Assembly (NCBI GenBank): GCA_001949185.1
Contig: BDGG01000001.1
Coordinates: 4,825,624 to 4,889,623, forward strand
DNA length: 64,000 nucleotides
Origin: Ramazzottius varieornatus
Taxonomy: Eukaryota; Animalia; Tardigrada
Reading direction: 5' to 3'
Shown in pieces: positions 38,104-49,997 of this stretch (its first letter is position 1; each line of letters begins with the position of its first letter). Both the position numbers and the translations under genes were made by a program. The notes under the pieces are model-generated. The model ran no database searches. It worked only from the letters and a program-made list of their open reading frames with translations, and was not told the origin of the DNA.

Positions 38104-38816
38104 TGTAGCGTAAATAACTCTCACCACGGCAAACGGTCTGCAACAAGATTGCTGGCTCAGGCGGCAGGCTAATTCACACTGCACCTCGATTAATAATTTT
38201 TATCGCCCGACTAACGAGGAACTTTAAACGGACATCAGCTTCAGCTAAACTTCGAGTTGATAGAGAACCTGATGGTGCCGACGCTCTGCTTGTTGTTCTT
38301 CCAAAATCCCACTTCACAAGTCTTCCAGACAAACCACCACTGATACTTTCCTATCCGTCACACGAGTCACCCTCTCTTTCTTTGGGACCTGTAGGCTACT
38401 CGTTCGTCTTAGAGACTTACCTCGCCAGTGTCCGCCGGTTGATCCCGGTATTCCAAAGAGCCTTAGCCAAGCGTCCTCGACTTTGATCCTGCAGGAACCT
38501 CAGGCTTCGCTGACCATCGACAGGTTTATCCACAAAGGAAGATTGAAGGACCTCGTAGACCTCTAAGTCAGCCAGTTAGGGTTTACAGAAGACCGGCAAA
38601 AGGTGGAGTTTGTACCGCACTTTACTGATCAAAATTCAACTGAAGGAAAATAGAGTCTCGAACAACTGACAGCTTTCAGCTTATATACTTCTCGAGATAC
38701 GCCGCCTGCAGGGCTGGCTTAATACCTCGAGGAAATACCCTGTCAGTCATACACATCGTACTCGTACACTCGTGGAGAATTTCCAATTTTAAATCCTGTA
38801 CGAAATTCTCGCTACA
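38104..38816 (-). mobile_element. LTR (713 bp), the 3' LTR of a minus-strand retrotransposon
   Basis: TGTAGCG...CGCTACA terminal inverted repeats. Minus-strand polypurine tract agaaggaggggg abuts it at 38820-38831. Minus-strand TATATAA near 38685. Confidence 0.8.
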
Positions 38817-39812
38817 TTACCCCCTCCTTCTGGACATGCCAGTCCCGGGCCATCCTAAAGATTCGGGTAGAACTGCTGAATGCATGGCTCAAAGCTAAGC
38901 TTGAAGCTACACGACTAAAGTCAAGGTCTGAAGACCTTCTCTTACTACCTTACTGCTTCGTAGACCTCCCGGACCGACAGTTCCAGAAACAAGGCAATCA
39001 CTTTCTCCATCAAGGTAAACTAACTACTATTACAGTAGACCTCTACCTGTCCGAGTACGATGACGAGTAACAACTAACCTTAGGCAGTACAAAATCTAAA
39101 TGCAAAAAGGAAAGAGATTCACTAGGAAAGAGAAACTAAAGGAACTACCGGCCATCCATCCATCGATGTTTTCATCACTGCGACCCTTCTTGGCCGTTCT
39201 TTTCTTCTTCGACTTCCATCTCTTGTTTGGGTCCATCGGCTTTAGCCTGATGGCTGTCGGTTGCTTCGGCTAAAGCCTGTTCAACGTTCTCTTTGTCACT
39301 TCCGCTTTCGTCATCGGTGACTTGGTCGTAGTCGTGTTTTGCTGGTGGGGCTTCAGCCTGGGAAGTAGAAGGGATCGTATGGCTTGAGCCTGGAGACCCA
39401 GCGGATTGTTCCACAGCCGCACGACCCATCTCCTCAGCCCATCGCTGCTTTTCTGGAGTCAAGATGGTATGGACGTGATGGCTGAAGCCTGGTTGGTGTG
39501 GATAGTAGCTTCGAGAGCTTGTGGCTTAGAGCCATGTCGAGTCTGAGAAAAAATCACGGACTTCAGTTTACCCTCTGGTCGTTTTACTTTAACGTTATTT
39601 TGCCTTACCATGTGGAATTGACGAGAAGCCTGGCTCAAGCCACTCTTGTTGAAAGTTCGATCAAACGGATGACTTCGAAGAGATCAGCCAGAAAACTACG
39701 AGTTTAAACCGTGGAAGGGCTACGAAGCCGATCCGTTTGCTGAACTAAAATCCTGTATTCTGAGTGTAAGAAATTATTGGCTCTAGAAGAGATTGAAGGG
39801 GGGAAACGATCG

Positions 39813-39862
39813 NNNNNNNNNNNNNNNNNNNNNNNNNNNNNNNNNNNNNNNNNNNNNNNNNN
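39813..39862. other. Assembly gap (50 N)
   Basis: Run of N with GATC directly on the right and 1 nt away on the left. Confidence 1.
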
Positions 39863-42265
39863 GATCGGCTTCGTAGCCCTTGCACGGTTTAAACTCTTAG
39901 TTTTCTGGTTGATCTCTTCCCACATACATTCGGTCTCGATAATAATCTGGAATATTTTCTGCATGCACAAATTCATCATCCATCGATTTCGGCTTCTTGC
40001 CCGACTTGAATGCTTCATAGATGTTTCTATGCCACGCATCGAAACCTGACTTGTTGAACATCCCACAGTTCTTGTCTAATGACACTGGTACACTTCCGCT
40101 GAATGGATCTTTAGATCGTTCATCGGTAATTTCATGATGTCGATCGACATCCCAGCTGGGTATGTCGAACGGGGAAATATAATTATCATGGGTGAAAGGG
40201 ATGATCATTCGACAACTGAATGAGATCAGAAGATTTTTACCATCAAAGAAGTCAGTTCCTATAGTCAAATAACTGTCTTCACGACGGCCATCAACCCAGG
40301 CATAATGCCACCATGTGGCGAATCCTATCTAGCGAATCCTATCTGAACTTTAAGTTTCGTATAGTATGGTTCGGTCTCAATAATCTTGCCTGAGGCGGTT
40401 TGCAGCTGCAGCTTACGGTAATTCTTCGGGACATGGACGACAGGCCAACTAAATCTCTTTGCGATTTTTCCGGGTACTAAAAGCCACGCTTGAACCTGTG
40501 TCAACTATATTGTCGACTTCCATATTATTTACCCTCAATATAACCTTCATGGCTGGTTTTGCCGTTGGGCCTACCGGCAACTTCTGTGGATCAAAGGGTG
40601 GATCCCACGGGTGCTTTGAAAGCGGTATGCCTTGTGGCTCCCTCTGGAGGTTTGGCGTCTTACGCTCCTCTCTTTTAAAGGCATTCTGTTGCCCCTCCGT
40701 AACAACACCCCCCCCCCCTGATTTTGGTTCATCTGCATGTTCGGCCCCTTCGGTGACGTCAGTCGCGGCTCGAGCCATACCTTGGTTGTTATTGTTGTTG
40801 TTATTATACTGGTATATGCTTGCGGTAACTTGCTGAAAGAGCTGCACTGTCGTCGCGTATGTCCTACCTCACCACAATCCGAACAAACGAGGTCATTAAA
40901 ACGATTGACCCAAGCCTTCTCATCTACCACCACGACATTCACGTTGGCTTCAGCCTCTTTTACATTAATACGGACGTCTTTTTCCGCTTCTGTCAATCGG
41001 CGGACCTCAAACATATTGTGCAAAACGGTTAAGACCGCATTCCGAAGTTTCTCTGGAGTGTCCATATCGAAGTTGCACAGTTTGTCTCGAAGACTGGCTG
41101 ACGTAATACCTGTTAGCAGGTAACCTGCCCTCACGTCTGGTGGCATGTCGGCTTGAAGCCTGTCCAGCAACAACATAACCTTATCATAATACTTATCAAA
41201 GTCTTCTGTTTCTTTGTAGGTAATCTGCCGCAATTTACTAGCGACTACAGTCTTTGAGGGAGTGGTATGATACCTCTGCATGAGAAAACGCTTAGCTTCA
41301 AAGTACGTCATATCCTTATGCGCGCGCCGCTGATCCATGAATTGCGTCAACACAGTTCCTTCAAGGAACTTACGTAGAACATCAACCCTATTACTTTCTT
41401 CGTATCCATTATGAATAATGTACTTATCGAGGTCTTCGAAGGAATCTTCGATGTTCTGACCATTCAATCCATCAAACTTGGTTGGCGTTATCAGGACATT
41501 GTCGGCCGTTTGTTATTATTCAACAGACTGGCTAGAGCCTTGATGGCTTCCGCTATTTCATCTTCTTTGGGTTGACTTTTCGGCAATCACGCGCGCGGTA
41601 TCTCCACAGTGGACGGAGATGACGTCCCTGGCTCCCTGCCATACGAACATCGTGCGCCCACCTGGCGCAGCGCGGCAAACTCCTTCTGCATTCTTTCATA
41701 TTTGTCCTTGAGGTCTTGCTCTTCTTTAAAGACTGAAGTCAACTCATTGTAGTACTCTTGTCTGAGCTTGTCAGACCCGTCATCTTACGCGCGAAAAAGG
41801 CCCTCGGGGGTTGGCAGGGTAAAATTTTCGGTCCGGGGTTCAACCGTATGTGTATGATGACGTGCTTCGCGAAGTTCATGAAGCATTACAGTATGAAACT
41901 GCCGTTTTTTGGGTCGGATTTCACAACCTCGTTCCGAAGTCGTGACACGACTTTTGGAGTTCGTCCGATTTCCGACTTAGTGACGAGATCATCTGGTTTT
42001 TGCAAACCAGATCCACTCGGGACGTTAAAAACGGGACATGGAAAACATTTAAGAATAATAGCGATGCATGTCTAACCAGGACCATTTTACGAATTTTTTA
42101 CTGCATGGTCAGCTGCCCCGTCGCACCGGCAACAAGGTTATTTAGTAGTACTACCTTTAGGCTATCAGTATCGGAAAAGAAAGCAAGAAAACAATCCTCA
42201 AGGGTTTCGAGAAAGAAGAAAATTCTGAAGAGGAGGTGGTGAATTGCCGAGAACAAGGTGCGCCA
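39863..42265 (-). mobile_element. Ty3/Gypsy-like retrotransposon 5' part: gag and aspartic protease, degenerate
   Basis: Gag ORF 40571-41467 with CCHC knuckle CSDCGEVGHTRRQC. Protease IVDTGSS (40449-40847) and IGTDFF. Possible PBS TGGCGCACC at 42265-42257. RT/RNase H/integrase not visible. Confidence 0.85.
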
Positions 42266-42920
42266 ATTTAGCGAGGCAATGACTTTTTCCCATTTCTTCG
42301 GTCGTGGTGTTTATGAATACAAATAACGACACTTTCTGTGAGTGTGCCGAAGTGTCTTCAATCCCTGTGTAAAGTTTTGGAAAATCGGCTCTGCCCGAGC
42401 TGGGGGAAGAAAAAGAGTTTTGTTGAGGAAGATGAGGTTTTCGAGCTCTTTTTTGCCACCTAGCTGTTTTCCGAACAAGACATGCTTTGTAAAAAACTGA
42501 AACGGGTAATCGATAGCCTTCTTGTTTGTTTTACCTTTCTACATCAAGCGAAGAATTTTGAAGGCGCTGGTGGCAACAAAAGAAGTTTTTCTATCAAGAA
42601 CGTCGATATTTTCAAAATGATGCCACAGACGTAAACAGGTCCAGCAATTGATCTTGAGGCTGAAGTGGAGTTTCCTTGTACTGCTGCGAAAGACGACACC
42701 ATACACTATCCTAGTGCCAATCCGTTTGCCACGCGTCCCCACGCAGCGCACCCACATCCGGCTGTGGGAGGCGGTATCAGACTTAGCGCAAACACGCACA
42801 TAAAGACACCCACTTGTATGCGTACTTACCTTCACAGCCTGGCAGGAAAGACTGAAGCGGCGTTCAGAGATGCTCTGCAAAGAAGCAAAGCATTAAACAG
42901 CAGAAGATGAAGTGGCGGCA

Positions 42921-43060
42921 GGCCAGAATATCTCCTTCTCGGGCTGGGCCTTTCACCTTGCGGGTGATGGAGCGCTTGCAGTTGTCCACGCACTTCTTCC
43001 GGAGTTGGGGACTTGTCCTTGTGACCCGTAGCGTCGCAGTATCTTCCAGATCCTACATAC
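42921..43060 (-). pseudogene. RPS28: 40S ribosomal protein S28 pseudogene fragment
   Basis: KILRRYGSQGQ, frameshift, then QLRKKCVDNCKRSITRKVKGPAREGDIL. Aligns to the conserved RPS28 KVLGRTGSQGQ..QVRVEF..RSIIRNVKGPVREGD. Confidence 0.8.
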
Positions 43061-43477
43061 AACACGGAGGAACTCTGCCTGGAAGCTGGAAGGATACAAA
43101 CATCAAGAGGGAGAGGGATCGTCTGACGAAATCAGGATTTCGAAAAATCAATTTTCCATTTGCGTGTAGCGCAAGTAGGGGTTCGCGGGTATGGTACAAC
43201 AGTAGTGTGTACCACCGTACGGTCGAACCCTATGCATTCGTGTCTGAGCCGTGTACGACGTCATCGGTTTCAGCTTATCTGGTTCGCGCCTAATATCGGG
43301 TGGGAAAAGAATTGGCACTACACTATGCTCAGAAAAACGACGGTGCCGATAAAATGCTTCTGACCAGAGACAGAATTTCTTGAAATAAGCGTTTAGGAAA
43401 CGGCAATTTCATACTGAAAGACCTGGTAGCAGGCATAGCTACCCGATGAAGATCTCTAGGTAGCGGGATACAGTTTA

Positions 43478-44961
43478 CCATTGCCGAAGTATTGTTGTAA
43501 AAGTGGCAAATCAATCAATCGACAATCCGGGCGGGGTCGTAAGGCGGTACAATCAGAGGCCTTGATTAATACTATACTGAAATTACAGCCCAAAATTCAG
43601 TTATCTCAGAATCACCGCTTGGTTCGCAAACCGTTATTGAGCAAAAGATCTTCAATCCGCTTTTCCATTGTACCGTACAACTTTCTGCAAAGCTCAGGAG
43701 TTACAAGCTTATCCCATGCTTCATACAACAATCTTTCCAGATCTTTCTTCGTGTTAGGGCACCTCTTCCCAACGTAATCCCACATTATATTCCAAACATT
43801 CTCTATTGGATTCATATCGGGCGACAACGGTCGCCAAGGAAGAACCGTCAGACGGTACTTCTTGAGGTAGGCTTGAACCAGCTTGGCCTTGTGAGATGGT
43901 GCGTTATCGTGCATCCAAATAACACGATTCTTGTCCTTGCGGCGCTCTCTGATTTTTGGTATCACTTTCTTCGCCAACATCACGGAATAGCTGAACTGGT
44001 TGATTGAGCCATCTACAATGAAGAAGGACAATGAGCCATCGCGAGTAAGTGTTCCATGGCACATTACACTGAACCGTCCAGGTGGAAGCTTTCTCTGGAA
44101 GTCGGCGTTGTATCTGCTCTCGCCCGGGAAAATTCGAATCTGAATATAAAGCGGGCCCGGAGCTAGTAACATTTATTAAACTGTGACACCTTTGACTCTT
44201 GATATTACATTTAAACTTACACTGTGACGGCCACAGTCGAACTTCGCGCTTGCTTCGTCGCTGAAAGCAACGTAGTTCAGGTAGTTTTTGTCTTTCTTCA
44301 GCTTGTCCATCATGTCGAGTGCCCAGATTGCTCGCATCGTACGATGGTGGTAGGTTAGGGGATTCTTCACAGGAGTAACTATCCCGGCGTTCCATGATTT
44401 GAGACGACGCTGCACAGTCCGCTCACTAATCTTTGTCCGCTTCCCAGTCACGGCTTCATCACAGTCCAGGGCTAGCTTAAGGATCCTGCCTGCTAACCAG
44501 TCTCGCGCATGGCGGTTTTGAGAAAGATGACGAATGGTGTCGTCGAGATGCTCTGACGTCTTTCTTGGTGGTCCTCTCTTAGCAATGTTACCGTGAATGT
44601 GTCGATGGTTGAGCAGATTCATTCCCCACGCCGGAGTGCCCAAAATATTTCCCGATCTTTCTCCAGCTAACGTTGTCGTCTCTCATTCTCCTCATTCGGC
44701 CTTTACCACATCGTCACTCACTCGCGCTCCGCGTCCCATCCTGGAAGCTCTGTCACAAAAGTACAATCGAAGAGTACGGTATCACATAAAATATCACTGG
44801 AGAAAGCGAGATGGCGTAGAAACACTTGTTGCAAGTGTACGAGGTAAACAGCTGGTTGCACCGGAAGTGCCAATCAAGGCCTTTGATTGTACCGCCTTAC
44901 GACCCCGCCCGGATTGTCGATTGATTGATTTGCCACTTTTACAACAATACTTCGGCAATGG
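43478..44961 (-). mobile_element. Tc1-family DNA transposon, young full-length copy
   Basis: 90-bp TIRs beginning CCATTGCCGAAGTATTG with one visible mismatch. TA at 43476-77 and 44962-63. Confidence 0.97.
43612..44739 (-). pseudogene. Tc1 transposase (DD34E) with one intron (44140-44220) and two N-terminal frameshifts
   Basis: MGRGARV start; SERTVQRRL; FSDEA; HDNAPSH then 34 aa to E in SPDMNPIENVW. Phase-0 GTAAGT...TTCAG intron joins GRHS|IRIF. Confidence 0.9.
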
Positions 44962-46419
44962 TATGCCTAGCCAGAGCTGGTAAAAAAAGTATTTAGTGAA
45001 ATATGTGGTACAACCAAACCACGTTTCGGACCCAGAAAGGTGTTCTTACACAGAAAACCCCGTTTCGACTTCTACCGAATCCACACTCAGCCACATGTTA
45101 AGCAGAGCCACTTTAGCCAAACTGGGCATGGTTTTCGCCAAGTTCGTCCAGCAAGGATCTAAGTATGTCCACAGGTTCAGCTGGTACACAACTATTCGTG
45201 ATCGAAACTGAATGTTCAGTATGTTTCTCAGCTTACTCGCGCCTTCCGCGTCGTTTTACACTCCCATGAAAACTCTTGGAGAAGATCCACATGCTCACTC
45301 CTGTACATTCCGCTGTGAAACCAAGTCAAACTCCGCGTCGCTACTTGAAAAATATATTTCTCGTGGAGACTGTTATTGTTTCCGAGAAGCTGCATCCAGC
45401 TCGAATTACGCTGGTCAGAGTTTTAAAACAGCTGCTTTACGAGGGCAGAAACTGTTCAGCTGACGCATATTGTCCATGAAGTCTTTATGGACAAGATTCT
45501 TTTTGTGAGCCACACCTATTACGAGAGTTGTTTGGCATGATCGTTTGGAGTTTTGCATTGTAAGCTTTTACGTTCGCGGCTACTTGTTCCTCCAGAAAAG
45601 CAATACTTTCTCCTTGTTAAGTTTGTACTAAGCAACGCCGTGCGTCACTCTGCTGGCAGCGTACATGTGGTCGTTCTTCCCCTTAGGAAATGTATATTGA
45701 CCAAACACTCTTTAGCCCCATCTGCGGTATGATACCAACCGGAAAGCAATGTCATCTACCGAGTATCGCTTGTCTGAAAAATAAGAAGTTGGAAGTTTCC
45801 GTTTGTCATTACAAGTATCGCTTTCACTTGTTCTTTTAACCAACCTGTGAGTCATACCGTTCAATTTCTTGACTATTTTTTCTTTCTCTTGTTGAGTCAA
45901 TACCCATGGATATCTTCGCCGGAGCTAGAACGTGGTATGCAGCCACTGCCGGGCATTCTGGTGGCGAGATACGGTCTTACGCTGTGTCCCAATAGCGAGC
46001 GACCCCCCTTCTTCAGTCGAAACATCGCATCTCATAATACGTCCCTCCCGTTTCGATAGTTTAGAATGCATTTTAGGGAAGAGGACCTGCTCTTCCAGGT
46101 CACGTAACTTGTGAAAGTTTGAGTTAAATAATCAACCAGATCAACTAGCTCCGCCTCAGACTGATGGTACGAGAACATGCAACGCACCCTTGATACATCG
46201 AGAACATAGCGTTCTCGGCAAGCAAGGAAGAAAACATGATATGAAATTCAAGGGTGTCTCGGAGATTGAAAGACAGAGATGCTTTGTGTAACAGATTGAT
46301 TTTACTACAAAAGGAGAAACCAATGAAAGCAAGAGACTAAATTAGAGACGTCAAGTTATGAGAACGCTTTTTCCTCTTTTTCGAATTCGAAACTCGGAAT
46401 ATCTTCTCGAGTCCTTTAG

Positions 46420-46790
46420 TATCCCCCAAAGTTCGCATGACATAAAAAGTATTTCCTCGTTGTGTGTCAATAGACTAGCGTTGCTTATACTCTGGGAAGA
46501 TCTAGTGTCCAAAGAAAGCTCAACGAGGCTCTTCTCGATAGCGTTGATCAGCTCCGTGGCAGCTGGTTATCGTGAACCGCAGGTCTCAAATGCCAATGGA
46601 TCTAAGAGGTGCTTTGACGTTATGTCTTGGTACTTTTGGGTCTTACTTTCCGCTTCATCGACTGCAGCACCAACTGTCACGTTTTTCAGGCCGACGTGGG
46701 ACTTCGCCAACCCATCAGTCGTGGTTGCATCTCCGACTAGCTCTTCATCCCTCTTCCACAAAATCCCGATCTTCCCACGCCCGTGGAACC
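46420..46790 (-). mobile_element. 3' fragment of a CRE-like non-LTR retrotransposon (restriction-like endonuclease domain)
   Basis: W..DEELVGDATTTDGLAKS..GAAVDEAESK..KY..L.PLAFETCG followed by QR.S..QRGN, the motif order typical of RLE C-termini. Confidence 0.7.
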
Positions 46791-47939
46791 TTTCATTAGT
46801 TTGCCTTGGAACCGTTCAAGAAGAATGCGCTGTACAGTGAATATAAACGGCATATACATTAGTTTTTTTTGAAAATGTGGCTGCTAAATCAGGCTTCCGT
46901 ACAACTGGAATTTCTGAAGTGATTCGGAGTCACGGAAAATCAGTCCTTCGTTCAGAGAACGGCGTACTTACTTCGCCTTTTTCCTTTCAGTCAAAGTCGT
47001 CCTGGTATGCGAGCACAGCAATTAACTGGGACGACATTAACCGTGACGACTTCAACAAGATCGGCAAGCGCCGTATGGATACCTTCATTGAGAAGGCGAA
47101 GGAGGATGCCGCCAAGAACGATGCCATCCGGAACGAGACCGACGAGAAAACAACGGAAGCGCATGCGGATGGTGGATCGCTGCTGAGGACAAAATGTTCG
47201 AGACGAAAGACGAAGATGAAGATACGCGAAGAGCGAAGCAGACAGGAAGGTAGAATCTGGTGAATGTAGAATCTGAAACTGGCGTCACAGGATACGACAA
47301 GATCATGTGTAGCTCGATATGTTGGAGTGATAGCCTGACACACCATGAGGGTCATCTGATCGAGGTTATATTTTCACCATATTACCGGTCCAATATCATA
47401 ATTTGTGAGAGCCCGAACTGAGCCTGGAAAGAGCCCCAAACAGAGGACCAAAAGAACTCATACCGTACGTATTCCGGGTCAGCCGGGACCTGGCTGGAAC
47501 TCCCATTCCATAAAGCTCCGAAACCTCGGTTTACGAGAGCACCAATACGACACCGTTACGGCCCCGATTGACGGCTGGAAATGGGCGGTATGCTCGGCGA
47601 ACCAGCGATCCACGCAGGCAGGTTGGTGCCGATAAGTCGCTCGACGCATTAGTTTTACCGGATCCCTGTGCACTGGATTTTGCCACGATCATTCCGAATA
47701 GGGAATACAGAGACGGCTGAAAATACCACGTTCGGCAATAACTCCAGTCCGCTAGTTAACGCCCTTTGTAGTCCACCAAGTCTCCAAGAAATCATACCGA
47801 TGTGGACTTCATCGTACGATTGATTGTACTGCCATGTTTCGCTATCTACAATTATCACGGTTATTGGCCATTCGGCACTTTCGAGTCAGTCATCACTTTG
47901 TGCATTATAGGAATTGAGAGGTACTCCAGAGGTTGATAC

Positions 47940-48077
47940 CGCACTCGAGTAGAGCAAGAAATCGGATTAGCGTAGGAATTGAAAGGGAGCACGTGGGCGG
48001 AGCCGAACCGACTGAACCCACTAACGTGCTCGGTGCTTAATTCCCGAGTAAGGCATATGAGCCGTTACTCGAGTGCG
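47940..48077. repeat. Small foldback element in GPCR intron
   Basis: cgcactcgagta / tactcgagtgcg, inner gagcacgt / acgtgctc. Confidence 0.6.
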
Positions 48078-48388
48078 TAAGAAATTCGATTAACGTTCCA
48101 CCGAAGCTTTTCTGTGGATATTTGTTCCCAAAAGTTTTTCAGAACCTCAGATTTGCTTTCAAGACGTCCCACCGAGGTGCCAACTGCCCCTCTAACTGCA
48201 TCTTTCAGGGTTTAACGTCGGTTATTAATTATTCGTCAAACTGTAGCAACGACTGTGACTTTGTCAACCTAGAAAACAACGAAAATCTCAGTTTGACTGT
48301 GGGTGTAACTGTGGCTTTCGAAAAAGGGGCCAAAGTCTTACGCTACTTGGATTTCTTGCGCTGCTCGAGTTCCGTATCAACCTCTCTA

Positions 48389-48542
48389 CTGTGGTGCTCC
48401 TAAACTAACGCGCACTCAACCCCGTGTTGAGTCACCGTTGCCCAGTGTGATCAGATTTTATCACCGTAGCCTGTCCGACTCTCCGCCGGGCATCATTTAC
48501 CGCTCGCGTGGTTAAGTGCGCGTTAATTTAGGAGCACTACAG
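48389..48542. mobile_element. Tc1/mariner-type MITE (154 bp)
   Basis: TIR ctgtggtgctcctaaactaacgcgcactcaacc / ggttaagtgcgcgttaatttaggagcactacag. TA on both sides. Confidence 0.85.
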
Positions 48543-48628
48543 TACGTTTTCTGTGATGTTTTGACATGAAGACGATTATTTAGCAACTTTAATCTTAACA
48601 CCACGGGGAAAGTCGTGAAATAAACATA

Positions 48629-48916
48629 CGAGGTAAAGGTTGTAAACTTAACCACGACTGTAGCGTCTATCGATTGATTGACTATTTGATTGTAAGTCTT
48701 GGCTTTTTAACATGAGATTTCAACGTTCTTTTAATTGCGGATCTCTTGGATTCTCTAACTCCTCGTGTTGACTGTGCCTAATACCATTCGACAGCTCATT
48801 ATTCTATCTATCGATCTATCCTTAAGAGCTTGGGATTGAATAGTAAAAACAGGCGAACTTAGAAGGCTAACTTTACGAACCCGGTATGGGGCGGCAACTT
48901 TACAACCTTTTCCTCG
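48629..48916. mobile_element. Tc1/mariner/pogo-type MITE (CGAGG ends)
   Basis: cgaggtaaaggttgtaaa / tttacaaccttttcctcg. TA on both sides. Confidence 0.75.
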
Positions 48917-49029
48917 TAGACAAACAAACCACTCCAGAACGTTTCGTCAAGTGGTGCACGCCGTCAGCCAAATGCACCGTAAATACGCGCTACTTAGGAA
49001 AATGATCTTGTTGGGTGTTCCTTGCCGAG
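48917..49029. repeat. AGTGGCGC palindromic module, 1 unit
   Basis: Arms agtggtgc 48950 and gcgctact 48987, 29-nt spacer. Ends 21 nt before the 3' splice site at 49050. Confidence 0.75.
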
Positions 49030-49199
49030 CGTGATTTTACCTTTTTGCAGGTTATGGTACGTCAGATGGCCAACAAGTTATAAAAACCACAGCCAACTGA
49101 AAACAGCCACTTCGACCATCCTGGTCTCGTGGCTCTTCACAACGGTCGAATGGATGCCGGGATATTTTTTACGACCGACCAAACCACAACACCGTCGAG

Positions 49200-49997
49200 T
49201 AGTGCTGGCAAAAACACGATAAAATTTGATACGATATTTTTCGATAAAGTATCGCCTGATATTTTATCGCGGTCTTCGATATTCATTCAGTATCGATATT
49301 TCGATACGATATTTTTCCACTACCGTATTCTCGATATATCGTATCACATCGTAGCGATATATCAATATTCCTGCAATTTTAATTTTTGTCGGAGTTCCAC
49401 TGGTCCGGGCTCAAGAACTGAAGAAGCCGATTTCCACGTTGAGTGTTGGTAAGATCGGAAGCGTCGGATGCAGCAAAAACGTAACTATACCAAGACATCA
49501 AACACATGGAAACCTGGATAAAATTAGTACCAAAACCGAATGAGCGGAGCGTGCTAGCCTGGTCGGCATACGATGGCCAGAATCAAGGTTTTGAAATCAG
49601 TAAACCGTGGCCAAACGGCGTCATAGAGAACTTGCAACGAGGAGAAACTGCAACCAATTCTCATTCAATCAGCTGACCTTACCGTAGCAAACCTGCTATT
49701 TTGATTGGCTGGCAGTGTTTCGTTCGGTCTCGATTCCCGTTCCATACTTCGGAATTAGACTTCGACTTACTTACTCTGCCGCTCACCCATATTATTGCTG
49801 CCTTTGCCATTCAGCAAAATACCGATATATCGAAAATATATCGATATGGTATGATACGATATCGCCGAATATTTTATTGCGTTATTAGATATGCGCTTCA
49901 TATCGATATCATCGATACAATATCTGCCGCATATCTTATCGCAAAGATTCGATATATTGCGATACGATATCGGTATGCCGTATCGTTGCCAGCACTA
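49200..49997. mobile_element. hAT-type MITE with GATA/TATC arrays, inserted in a GPCR exon
   Basis: TIR TAGTGCTGGCAA / TTGCCAGCACTA. Perfect 8-bp TSD ccgtcgag at 49192-99 and 49998-50005. Confidence 0.95.

Noticed and set aside
42266-42900. Expected 5' LTR of the Gypsy element
   Set aside because: No similarity to 38104-38816 beyond about 6 nt (tttagcg vs tgtagcg).
46991-47250. Exon-like charged ORF (NWDDINRDDFNKIGKRR...)
   Set aside because: It has an acceptor-like start but no recognisable family or partner exons.
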